From positions 62,001 through 126,000 of the forward strand of contig NIVC01000095.1 of the NCBI GenBank assembly GCA_002269645.1: 64,000 nucleotides of DNA. The letters are read 5' to 3'. Shown here piece by piece: positions 1 through 13,265 of this stretch. Each line of letters starts with the position of its first letter. The first letter of the stretch is position 1. This DNA comes from Macrostomum lignano. Its lineage: Eukaryota. The position numbers were made by a program, and so were the translations under genes. The notes below the pieces were generated by a model. That model did no database searches. It was not told where the DNA came from and was given only the letters and a program-made list of their open reading frames with translations.

Positions 1-190
1 CACCGCTCTTCTTATCTCTCCTGTCTTCGTCTCCTCTCCTCTCATCTCCTCTCCTCTCTCCTCTCATATCTTTTCCTCTCCCTTCTCTTCTCCTATCCCC
101 CCTCTCTCCTTTCCTTTCCTCTCCCTTCTCCCTCCCTTCCCTCCTCTCTTCTCTCCTCTCTACTCCTTCATTCATTAGCCTCTCCTTTCT
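1..190. repeat. CT-rich low-complexity tract
   Basis: Almost purely C/T degenerate (CT/CCT)n sequence. Confidence 0.8.
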
Positions 191-1066
191 CATATTCGCC
201 CCATGGTCTACCCTTGCCTGACGGGCACCGGTAGTTTTGCGCCTGCGATCGCTGAGATCACAGGTCCACTGAGCTGGATTGACGCTAATATTGAAGAGCT
301 TAGCAGTCGGAACACCTATGAAATAAAGGGATTTTCCAACCCATTCTGATAGCCTAAGCTTGTCTCCTGGTGGACCCAACTCAAGGGCCGCTGTTGTATA
401 ACAGGGTCAATAGCAATCTTCACTGCCCTAGGCCTTATATCAAATGCAATCATTGATTCTGTGATGAAAAAAATGTCTTTTTCCTATCTCCGCAGTGCAT
501 TTTTACAGGAAACTGCATGGCCTCTTAAAAATGAAACGATTTATCCAAAAATCATATATACACAAGATGAGCCACTCATTAACCACTTATGTGGCCATAG
601 AAGCTAATGTGAATAATTTTGCAACTCACGACAGCGCGAAAATCAACTACTGAACTCAATTTCGTCAGTAGTCTCTGCAATGCATGCATCGTTTTTAATT
701 TGATTGAGTAGCTTTTTATATAATTCACGAGAAATTCTATCAAATTCTTTAAAAATAGCGTCTATGTCCCTAAGCTACTGAACTCAAATTTATAAGCAAC
801 CGTGTCGGCTTTCTTCGCACAAGTGACGAAAAACAGCGGTCGCACTTTCCCTATTTCCGCAATACAAAGTGGCCTATCTATAGGGAATATAAGATCTATG
901 GATTTATCTAACGTAGCTGTTATATTACCGGTGGTCCTTGGCCCAACCAACACTTTGCGGTAGATTCACGCTAGCATCTTGACTTCTTTTCGAAGTGACT
1001 GACTGAATATTATAGTACTCATAGAATCTCATAAGAAATTTTGCTGTGTTAAAATTTACTCTGTCC

Positions 1067-1717
1067 TTATCTATCTAATAGCCATACCTGTGCGGTCAGT
1101 GTCCTCTGGTTCGGGTCCAGCAGCTCCTTGATGGTGGTGTCCACCTTGCACGCAGCAGCGACGCGGATGTTGGCCAGTTGCGGGCACAAGATGCCAATCT
1201 CTACTAGCAAACCGTCAAAATTATAATTTTTGTCGCACTCCAAATTGAGCAGTTCGACAGCCATCCGCTTGTTCATGGATCTCAGGCAGTCGAATCGGTA
1301 TTCGCTGTGCAGAGTCAGTACGCCTTTGCCGTAGATGAGCACCCGAACTGCGACGTCATTATCCCTTTGCCCGGTCACGGTGAACAGAGTCTTGCTTCGA
1401 AAGAAAAGCTCGTCTTCTAGGAGCGTCTGGCCGAAGATAAAACTGTTCAAGGCTAGCAGAGCACGTCTACCTGTCACGGCAATCACCTTGAGCTCTTCGC
1501 TAATCTTCTTGTCTAAGCTCGGCAGAGTTGCCAGAAAGTTGTGCACCTGACTCTGCTGACACGGAAAAATGCCTTCTGCATTGCCAGCCTCCAGTTTCTC
1601 CTGCATCCTTCGACAGAATCCGCTCAGCTGATCGTCCAGCGCGGCATATTTGGCAATGATTTTGGCCAAGTTCGGGTTTACCTGCACCAGCCCACTAGAG
1701 CTTCTTGCATCCTGCAT
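1067..1717 (-). CDS. Uncharacterised protein (216 aa ORF, frame open to ~1768); possible coiled-coil plus MATH/TRAF-like C-terminus; may have an upstream exon near 1960-2059
   Basis: Non-repetitive, GC-richer ORF with globular-protein composition; the tail TTIKELLDPNQRTLTAQVWLL loosely resembles the end of MATH domains. No firm family call. Confidence 0.5.
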   Translation of the reverse strand: MQDARSSSGLVQVNPNLAKIIAKYAALDDQLSGFCRRMQEKLEAGNAEGIFPCQQSQVHNFLATLPSLDKKISEELKVIAVTGRRALLALNSFIFGQTLLEDELFFRSKTLFTVTGQRDNDVAVRVLIYGKGVLTLHSEYRFDCLRSMNKRMAVELLNLECDKNYNFDGLLVEIGILCPQLANIRVAAACKVDTTIKELLDPNQRTLTAQVWLLDR

Positions 1718-2281
1718 TTCCTTCAGAGTTTGAGAAGAAGCTTGCGATGGCGGTTGAATTCAGAGAGAGAAATATAGGGCATGGCCGTGTTTGCTTCTGC
1801 CTCTTCTTCTGTCCCTTGTTACTATCAATATATGTATGGCAGTCTTGCTACCCCAGGCTATGGTCATGGAGACGAGTTTTATTGCTTTGCATCGCGTACA
1901 TTGTGCGTTGTGTGCACAGTTTAAGATGGATGAAAACAAGTAACTAACTATAAATATACACTGAACCATGCAGCCACCTTGTAGATAGCTTTGTGCAAAG
2001 GCTTCCACATCTGGAATGTTAAACTTCGCCTCCATTACTTCTGTTTTCATTAAGTCCAAGCGGCTGACTGACTGCTTAAAACAAGATAAGAATTGAAACC
2101 TCCGTGTTTTAAAATATATCTAGCATAGGCTCCATTTCTGAATACAGATTACAGGCAACCATGGCTCGATTTTAGGCATGCACAAGGCAGTGGCGCACAC
2201 AAAATTTTAATTGGAGTCAGCCGCATCGCTAAGGGGTGCCAATATTTGGGGCTTTGGTGAGTGCCCCTGTCTCTTTTTGGC

Positions 2282-3215
2282 GGGCGCGCCCCTGTCTCTT
2301 GGTGGGTCCCCCTGTCTCTTGGTAGGCGCCCCTGTCTCTTGGTGGGCGCCCCCTGTCTCTTGGTGGGCGCCCCTGTCTCTTGGTAGGCGCCCCTGTCTCT
2401 TGGTAGGCGCCCCTGTCTCTTGGTGGGCGCCCCCTGTCTCTTGGTGGGCGCCCCCTGTCTCTTGGTGGGCGCCCCTGTCTCTTGGTAGGCGCCCCTGTCT
2501 CTTGGTAGGCGCCCCTGTCTCTTGGTAGGCGCCCCTGTCTCTTGGTGGGCGCCCCCTGTCTCTTGGTGGGCGCCCCTGTCTCTTGGTAGGCGCCCCTGTC
2601 TCTTGGTAGGCGCCCCTGTCTCTTGGTGGGCGCCCCTGTCTCTTGGTAGGCGCCCCTGTCTCTTGGTAGGCGCCCCTGTCTCTTGGTAGGCGCCCCTGTC
2701 TCTTGGTGGGCGCCCCTGTCTCTTGGTGGGCGCCCCTGTCTCTTGGTAGGCGCCCCTGTCTCTTGGTAGGCGCCCCTGTCTCTTGGTAGGCGCCCCTGTC
2801 TCTTGGTAGGCGCCCCTGTCTCTTGGTGGGCGCCCCTGTCTCTTGGTAGGCGCCCCTGTCTCTTGGTAGGCGCCCCTGTCTCTTGGTAGGCGCCCCTGTC
2901 TCTTGGTAGGCGCCCCTGTCTCTTGGTGGGCGCTCCTGTCTCTTGGTAGGCGCCCCTGTCTCTTGGTGGGCGCCCCTGTCTCTTGGTAGGCGCCCCTGTC
3001 TCTTGGTAGGCGCCCCTGTCTCTTGGTAGGCGCCCCTGTCTCTTGGTGGGCGCCCCTGTCTCTTGGTAGGCGCCCCTGTCTCTTGGTAGGCGCCCCTGTC
3101 TCTTGGTAGGCGCCCCTGTCTCTTGGTAGGCGCCCCTGTCTCTTTGGTGGGCGCCCCCTGTCTCTTGGTGGGGGCTCCTGTCTCTTGGTGGGCGTCCCTG
3201 TCTCTTTGGTGGGCA
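2282..3215. repeat. 20-bp minisatellite GGCGCCCCTGTCTCTTGGT(A/G)
   Basis: Tandem 20/21-bp units seen directly; explains spurious ORFs 2149-3273, 2229-3248, 2211-2528. Confidence 0.97.
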
Positions 3216-3664
3216 CCCCCTGTCGTCTCTTAGTTTTGTGGACTGCAATTTTTATGGTGGGCGATGCATTCAAGGTTTTCTGCCTTGTTTAGCTCAGCGC
3301 TCGTTTCACAGGATCAAGCTCTTGTTTATATTTTCGCGTCTAAGAACGAAACGAATTTGATCTTTTGTATATGCATGACTTGCTCTCCTGCATTTCATTA
3401 TCTGTTGTATCAATTGGCTGACAAACTTTATTTACATATTTGGGGTTTCAGTTGCATGGACAGGGTTTAAATTCTATCAACAGTTTATGTATATTGACAC
3501 TCCAAAAAGAGTTAGGTCTAAGTGAAATGTAGAAAAAATATGATTAAAAAGTGCAATAATTGACAGTGTCAAGGCTTACACAAAGGATTTTGGTAAGTGC
3601 TGTGTTAAAGTTCGAATATTTGACCTCTGTAAGCAGCTTTATAATCCTGTCATAGACATTACAT

Positions 3665-4775
3665 TGATTCTAAGAATCCTAATCTCTATATGACCAACTG
3701 TTTCTAAGAATCCCAACCTCTATGACCAACTGTTTCTAAGAATCCCAATCTCTATATGACCAACTGATTCTAAGAATCCCAACCTCTATGAGCAACTGTT
3801 TCTAAGAATCCCAATCTCTATATGACCAACTGATTCTAAGAATACCAACCTCTATATGACCAACTGATTCTAAGAATCACAGCCTCTATATGAGCAACTG
3901 ATTCTAAGAATCCCAGCCTCTATATGACCAACTGTTCTTAAGAATCCCAACATCTATATGACTAACTGTTTCTAAGAATCCCAATCTCTATATGACCAAC
4001 TGTTTCTAAGAATCCCAATCTCTATATGACCAACTGATTCTAAGAATACCAACCTCTATATGACCAACTGATTCTAAGATTAACAGCCTCTATATGAGCA
4101 ACTGATTCTAAGAATCCCAGCCTCTATATGACCAACTGATTCTAAGAATCCCAACCTCTATATGACCAACTGATTCTAAGAATTCCAACCTCTATGAGCA
4201 ACTGTTTCTAAGAATCCCAATCTCTATATGACCAACTGATTCTAAGAATTCCAACCTCTATGAGCAACTGTTTCTAAGAATACCAACCTCTATATGACCA
4301 ACTGATTCTAAGAATCACAGCCTCTATATGAGCAACTGATTCTAAGAATCCCAGCCTCTATATGACCAACTGTTCTTAAGAATCCCAACATCTATATGAC
4401 TAACTGTTTCTAAGAATCCCAATCTCTATATGACCAACTGATTCTAAGAATTCCAACCTCTATGAGCAACTGTTTCTAAGAATCCCAATCTCTATATGAC
4501 CAACTGATTCTAAGAATACCAACCTCTATATGACCAACTGTTTCTAAGAATCCCAATCTCTATATGACCAACTGATTCTAAGAATACCAACCTCTATATG
4601 ACCAACTGTTTCTAAGAATCCCAATCTCTATATGACCAACTGATTCTAAGAATACCAACCTCTATATGACCAACTGATTCTAAGAATCCCAGCCTCTATA
4701 TGACCAACTGATTCTAAGAATCCCAACCTCTATGACCAACTGATTCTAAGAATCCCAACATCTATGACCAACTGG
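3665..4775. repeat. 34-bp (32-bp variant) minisatellite AACCTCTATATGACCAACTGATTCTAAGAATCCC
   Basis: Period 34 (caactg at 4501 and 4535); ends ~100 bp upstream of the dehydratase ATG. Confidence 0.95.
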
Positions 4776-4878
4776 TTGTAGCAATTCAACGTCTATGAAC
4801 AACTTCCCTATATAATTTTAACTTTTATATAGGATCAACGGATCGCTTTAAAGAGGCGTTTACATCTCCAGAGTCGCA

Positions 4879-6329
<1,451 letters not shown>

Positions 6330-6399
6330 GCCGGTAACAACACCAATGAAAAACACCTTAGCGTCCTTTTTGGATCGAATATTGTTTCCGTTATTACAG

Positions 6400-6675
6400 A
6401 AGACATGTTTTCACCTGTTAAACTTAACGTTTTCCCTGTGAGAGACATGTTTTCACCTGTTAGACTCGCTGTTTCCCCTATGAGAGACTCACCTGTTAGA
6501 CTTGCTGCTGTTTCCCCTGTGAGAGACACGTTTTCACCTGTTAGACTTGCTGCTGTTTCCCCTGTGAGAGACACGTTTTCACCTGTTAGACTTGCTGCTG
6601 TTTCCTGTGTGAGAGACTCACCTGTTAGACTTGCTGTTTCCCCTGTGAGAGACACGTTTTCACCTGTTAGACTCG
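6400..6675. repeat. ~45-bp minisatellite TTTTCACCTGTTAGACTTGCTGCTGTTTCCCCTGTGAGAGACACG
   Basis: Period 45 (6531 and 6576) with shorter variants; just downstream of the L3HYPDH stop. Confidence 0.9.
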
Positions 6676-7253
6676 AGCCTACAGCAAGATACTTTTTTTA
6701 ACCTGTAACACCTGCAATACTTACCTTAGTCACACTGTATCGATGCCCCAGAGCAAAGTCACTCACAGAATTGGACGCTCAGTGCCGCGCATATTTTTGA
6801 CTGCCGCTCTGACTGGCACCCCTCTGACTGCACTGGAGTTGATCGGTTTTATGGCGTGCCAATTAGAGCAACAATCAAAAAGGTGCGATATTGGCAGGGA
6901 TACCTGGCTGATGATTTTCTATCCTGACTGTGAATTCGTTTGTTTAGTTGTTTAGTTTAAATCCACTCGCGTCAGAGCCCGATCAGTCAGGAAATGAAAC
7001 AGACTGTGGTTTTATAGCTGAGGCAGAAAATTTCTATAATTCACTGCAAAATGTGCCACGTCAGCAGTGATTTCGAATCGTTCTGAGCTGAGATTCTCAG
7101 TTCCGGTTTCGTCTTTTGAAACAATCGGTAAGAATTGCCCTGTCGGCTTTCTGGTTTTAGTGCCGGATTTGAGTAAGCGAGTCGGGTTTAGTTGTGTTGA
7201 GTCAGGACAGCCGCGACAGAGGGCAGTTAATCGATGAATTATAGATCGACAGG

Positions 7254-8151
<898 letters not shown>

Positions 8152-8865
8152 GTTGTTTGATGGTTGTTGGTTGCATGATCGTTAAAAGAGAATCGTCAAC
8201 AATGTGAAAAGTTGTTTACATTTGCTTAAATCGATGAATAAATAGTAATCAAGGGCCGTGCAGTTTGCATCCTGACTCACGGATGCTCGTAAGGCACTCT
8301 TTATTCTTGTTTATTTTTTGACAATGCAGTCCGTCAACAAGTTCAACAGGTGTTGTTACATTTTTTGAAAGGCCTAATTTTTACAATAGAATAAACCACT
8401 TTAGTCCCTAGTCACCACCTTTAAAATAATCATGAAGATTTAACGATGAGAATTAAAAATTTGCTAGTCTTATTTGTTTTAATAAACAAGCTTTCCTATA
8501 GCATAAAAGTACATAGGAAGGAGAGAAATAGGGGGGAAGATTGTAAGACTATATTGAAAGCAAAGAAAAGACATCGACAGTATTAAAACACAGTAAGTAG
8601 CTTTTGTTATAAAGAGGTTTCGAGAGTCACTTTAGGGCCGCGCCTCAGACAAAGGTAAATTGCCACAGAAACAAGAACGTCTTTCAGTGTTTTAAGATTT
8701 GCGAATAGCAACTGCGGTGCCGGATAAATTCGGGTGCAACAAAATGTATTGAGGCGGCATTGTTTGAGTAGCTAAAAAATGACCGACTACGAATATTAAT
8801 GTATAACTAATTAGGCATTTTGCATGTCGGACCCGTTTGTTGGGGCGGCACTTGGATGCTGGAGT

Positions 8866-9758
8866 TCACTCCGAGTTCATCAGTTTGTAAAACTCTGAAA
8901 TGTTTTGCATGTATGTTATGGAATTTCACAATCTATTATTTTAGTATAGTGGACTAGCAGTTCGCCCCCCTTTTGGGGTCAGGCCCGCTTACCGTCGAAA
9001 TCAACAAACCCGGAGCCGTCAGTGTCGGTCTCGCGGATCATGTCGTCAATATCCTCCTCGGTCAAGTCGTCGCCAAGGCTTTTTAGCAGCCACCTGTTTC
9101 AAATGAAAAAACGAATTTTTTATGATGCTTTAGGCAAGCTACTATTAGTAGGCAAGTAGCGAATCTGAATATAATTTATAATTGTATTTCTCACCGCAGA
9201 TCCTCGACGTCAATTTCGCCGGTCTTTTTCTTATCGAGGATGCGAAAAGCGTCGCGAAGGTCACGCTCGTCCTGGTCGTACTTCAGCTTCTTGCCGAAAA
9301 GAGTCAGGAAGCCATCCTGGTTGATGAAGCCGGTGGCTGCAAAGGAAATATGTTAGCTGTGTGATTAATTACGTCTCTTAGTGGTGCTCAACAAATCAGA
9401 GGTCTCAGCCTGCTCACCTTCCTCATCGACAAGATCGGCCCATTCCTTCAGTTGGTCGGCCTTGGCGTTGAGGTTCAACGCCTTGAAAGCTGGCCCGAGG
9501 TCCATCGTGCTGATGCGACCCTGGCCTTTTTTGTCGAACTTCTTGAACACATCCTTGGCGGCTGGGAGGTTCAAATAAAAGACGTTGAGTTGATATTTGA
9601 ATTCAACAAGAAAATTCACTCGCTTTAGTCACTCACAGTTGACCTTGTCCTCCGGGACAGTGAACTCGTCTACTACTAGTGCCTGGAAACATAAACAGAC
9701 GGTGATTAGGTTCTTGAACGTGCATAAATTTACAATAGAAATAAACTGAACTCACCAT
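8866..9758 (-). CDS. TnC: Troponin C, lophotrochozoan type (154 aa); coding exons 9758-9756, 9682-9637, 9561-9418, 9336-9195, 9093-8993, 8894-8866
   Basis: All five introns are GT-AG and phase-consistent; ATG-only first coding exon; four EF-hands; C-lobe DERDLRDAFRILDKKKTGEIDVEDLRWLLKSLGDDLTEEDIDDMIRETDTDGSGFVDFDEFYKLM follows the molluscan TnC pattern (LRWILKSLGDELT..DTDGSG). Confidence 0.88.
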
Positions 9759-10663
9759 TTTGCAATGAATGTATTCTACTTGCTTGAATGTATGGAACTC
9801 TAATATCTGTCCTGTCGAAAGAATCTCCCACTTGCTTCTACCTGGTGCCGAAGAGGGTTCTGGTATAAGCCAAGAAAATGTGGGAGGCTTGAAGGTTGTG
9901 GATTGGGGACTGGGGGCCGGGGGAGAGAGAGATGGGAGATGCACATACCGAATCCTGTGCATCTCTTGAAAGCGAGGGACGACCAACTTCGACCAAAGCC
10001 TCGCAGTTCAGGTCAAATGGATGGCCTTCCCCTCCATATCTTTCGACTTTCCTTTCCTCCTCTCTCAGTTGCAAAGACCATGCCAAAAATGGTAAAGCTA
10101 CAACAACGCTAGGACAGGAACAGAGGCATTTTCTAGCCACCGTTTAACCTTTTCAGTTGTTCTAACTTGCGTTCACCGCGTGCAGGATCCTACGGAACTG
10201 CGGCGTACTTACCAAGCTATGGATTTTTCCCCATAACCTTCTCCCTCCCCCAGCCGCCCGTCGCACCAACCCTGTCCCACTTCGAATGCTTGCCGTGCCG
10301 TTTGCCATTTGCGGGGCTGGCTTATCGAACGAACTTGCCACCGAAAGCAGAAGATGGGGCAGTGTGTGGGTTCATTCCATTATAAGCTTCTATACCTAAT
10401 GCATTCTTACAAGCGTAGATAATTATAACTTTTTTGCTTCAACTTGAATTTTTGAGAGCATCTAGATGAGGTTAAATGGCTCGTGTGACACTTTCTGCTG
10501 CTATGGTTATATCGTGAATCTGTTCAATCGCTATACCTTGAATTTTTGCTAGCATATGTGGATCCATCAGGGTCAGGATACATGATTTTTTAAACCTCTT
10601 TTCACCTTGAGAAGATTCCTCTAACTAGAAGGGCAGGAGCAGCTCTCGCGCCTCGACTCCTAG

Positions 10664-10702
10664 CCACAGATACTAGAGTAACTGTTATTCTAGTATCTGT
10701 GG
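10664..10702. repeat. 39-bp near-perfect palindrome CCACAGATACTAGA-GTAACTGTTAT-TCTAGTATCTGTGG
   Basis: 14-bp perfect arms, further TAAC/GTTA pairing in the loop. Confidence 0.85.
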
Positions 10703-11029
10703 AGCCAACCAAATAAGGCACAGAGTGTGTACATCCTGACGATTAGAAAATCAGAATCGCCTCAAACGCTGGTTGCGGGACGATGTAGTCGAAGGCGTTG
10801 CGCCAGAGTGCCCGCATCCCTTCCGCAATTTTACTGTCACACTACAAACATTTGTGATCATAGCCAAGTTCTATTTAGTAAAAGTAATAAGAACCGTATT
10901 AATTCTCTTGAGTCACTTACTTTACATACTACTTATTTGCTTGTTGATTAGTAAGTAGTATATCGAATTTGATTAGCTATCGCACTGCTTTATGTCTGTC
11001 TATGAACTGATAGAAAGTCACATATTGAG

Positions 11030-11635
11030 GTCAGTCTCTATGACCGAACTGAGACAATCAGTCAGTCTCTATGACAGAATTAACTCAAGCAATCAGTCTC
11101 TATGACTGAATTGAGACAATCAGTCAGTCTCTATGACTGAATTGAGACAATCAGTCAGTCTCTATGACCGAACTGAGACAATCAGTCAGTCTCTATGACC
11201 GAATTGAGACAATCAGTCAGTCTCTATGACCGAACTGAGACAATCAGTCAGTCTCTATGACCGAATTGAGACAATCAGTCAGTCTCTGTGACCGAATTGA
11301 GACAATCAGTCAGTCTCTATGACCGAATTGAGACAATCAGTCAGTCTCTATGATCGAGTTAACTCAAGCAATCAGTCTCTATGACCGAATTGAGACAATC
11401 AGTCAGTCTCTATGACCGAATTGAGACAATCAGTCAGTCTCTATGATCGAATTAACTCAAGCAATCAGTCTCTATGACTGAATTGAGATAATCAGTCAGT
11501 CTCTATGACCGAATTGAGACAATCAGTCAGTCTCTATGACCAAATTAAGATAAGCAATCAGTCTCTATGACCGAATTGAGACAATCAGTCAGTCTTTATG
11601 ATCGAATGGAGACAAGCGATCAGTCCCTATGAAGA
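11030..11635. repeat. 31-bp minisatellite CTCTATGACCGAATTGAGACAATCAGTCAGT
   Basis: Period 31 (11101 and 11132). Confidence 0.95.
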
Positions 11636-11729
11636 GAAAATAAGACTAAAAACTAGAGAATATTTAATTGGAGTTAAATTGAATACTAAGAGGAGCAGTA
11701 AGTGGGCGCAGGGCCCAAACCAGTATATT

Positions 11730-11802
11730 TATATCTTCCGCAGCTTCTTGATGACCAGCGGCTTCACATGGATCAGTACCTGACGGGCCTCGAAATAGCT
11801 TC
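11730..11802 (-). mobile_element. Distal fragment of the Gypsy pol interrupted by the SINE and Ngaro insertions
   Basis: Minus strand reads SYFEARQVLIHVKPLVIKKLRKI*, like the segment that follows the protease and precedes RT in Ty3/Gypsy pol; it continues ...FRARIVLK at 16460. Confidence 0.55.
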
Positions 11803-12015
11803 TTTTTTTTATTAGAGGCACCCTGGCGCACTTTAAGCGACATAGGCACACAACCGGCGAGAGGCATTACTGCCCATTCCGCCGACTCCCCTGAGCAGGC
11901 ACACAAGCGCGCGGATACGTACACAAGCACACACTCACACAGGAGTGTACAGCGGCCTAACTTTATTTTATCGTTAGGCATGTACACTTCTCTGCGCCTT
12001 GGGGGGTTGGCTCTC
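11803..12015 (-). mobile_element. 3' half of a tRNA-derived SINE (body plus AATAAAAAAAA tail), split by the Ngaro element
   Basis: Ends in a poly(A) tail on the minus strand; joins the SINE head at 16335-16459 when the Ngaro element is removed (GGCCTT/GAGAGCC). Confidence 0.6.
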
Positions 12016-12174
12016 ATGGACTGGGTGTGCGGCGAAAGTGCACAAACCGGCTTTAGTGCCCAGCGCGTTGATTGTACATCGCCGCCTGCCCCCCCCCTTG
12101 GGTGGCAGGGGTGTTTTTAAACCCCCGTCGTGCTCTACTGGCGGCTCACTTTGCCTTCTCGCAGTGAATTTTTT
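12016..12174 (+). repeat. Ngaro repeat A1
   Basis: Differs from A2 by one CpG transition, C-run length and a 7-bp TCGCAGT duplication. Confidence 0.95.
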
Positions 12175-12203
12175 GACTTAGAAATAGAAACTTTTGCTGA
12201 GTC

Positions 12204-13265
12204 ATGAACCGCACCCGTAGCCAGTCAGCCGATTCCGTCCCCACAACTGTGCCAGCACTGCGAGGGAAACTAAATGAGCTTGGTTTGCCAACCTCTGGCA
12301 ACAAAGCAAAACTAGTCCAAAGGCTTCGCGCCCATATTCAAGACGTGGAGACCTCTGTCGAGAGTGACGAGCTGACGAACGTTCAGGCCATTCTGCGAGC
12401 TACAGGGCAGAACTCGGCGGTAGCGAGCAGCGGGGGCAGCCCCCCAAATCGGCGACAGGTCGAGAACGGTGGGTCTGGCGCGGCTGGCGGCCTGGACGAA
12501 CAGCTGCTGGAGGCGGAGAAGCGAATCCGTCTGCTGAAGCTGTGCAAAGAAGAAGCGCAGCTGGAATCCGAGTTCGCGCAGCTACGGGTCGGCCGTTCTG
12601 AGGCACGTGATGTACCGGGTGAGTTGCTAAATTGCCTAACTGGATGTGTGCAGCATGAAGTTGGGCAGCAGCATGAGAACATGGGAGCCTCAGGGAGAAG
12701 TACCAGTAGCGTCTACCGAATCGTTGACTTCGTCAGCAAGCGCAAGCAGTGTCTTCTAGGCCAGAGTAAGTCTAAAGAAGTGGCGGTCGAGGCGCTGTCG
12801 TTAGGCGATTGGGTGACGGGCAATGCGCAGGCGATGCTTCAGATGCTGACTGACGGGCGTCTAGTCAGACTGGATCAGCATAGTCGATTGGATGTGGCAG
12901 AGCTCAGAGACTATCTCAGGTACACCGCACGCATTGGCGAGTTGTTGGACCTGGGCTTCGACAAGAGCCATGTAATGAGATTTGATGACGAGTGCCGGCT
13001 CAGCCAAGCGACTGATGGCAAGTGGGAGTCGCACAGCTCGGACCTGAGTCTGGTTGCGGCGTACCTCATGGCTCCCCAGAAGCAGCAATCGGGGGGTGGT
13101 GCCCAGAAGCGCAATCAACTGGTTTGCTTCGACTACAACAGGATAAGCGGGTGCGAACGCAAGAGCTGTCGGTTCCTGCATCGCTGCCGAAGATGCGGCC
13201 TGGCGCACTCTGAGGCAGCCTTCCACCGCGACGAATCGAGCGGTGAGGAGAAACCGCAACACTGA
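12204..13265 (+). CDS. Ngaro Gag-like ORF1 (353 aa): N-terminal SAP-like domain, C-terminal Cys/His zinc finger
   Basis: TVPALRGKLNELGLPTSGNKAKLVQRL is SAP-like; CFDYNRISGCERKSCRFLHRCRRCGLAH is a CCCH-type finger. Confidence 0.85.
   Translation: MNRTRSQSADSVPTTVPALRGKLNELGLPTSGNKAKLVQRLRAHIQDVETSVESDELTNVQAILRATGQNSAVASSGGSPPNRRQVENGGSGAAGGLDEQLLEAEKRIRLLKLCKEEAQLESEFAQLRVGRSEARDVPGELLNCLTGCVQHEVGQQHENMGASGRSTSSVYRIVDFVSKRKQCLLGQSKSKEVAVEALSLGDWVTGNAQAMLQMLTDGRLVRLDQHSRLDVAELRDYLRYTARIGELLDLGFDKSHVMRFDDECRLSQATDGKWESHSSDLSLVAAYLMAPQKQQSGGGAQKRNQLVCFDYNRISGCERKSCRFLHRCRRCGLAHSEAAFHRDESSGEEKPQH

Noticed and set aside
8866-9758. Calmodulin or myosin light chain
   Set aside because: Three EF loops are degenerate and the C-lobe motifs follow invertebrate troponin C; it is far too divergent for calmodulin.
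13263-13265. Selenocysteine UGA in the Ngaro frame
   Set aside because: It lies at the gag/pol boundary, not in a redox motif, and I could not identify a SECIS element.
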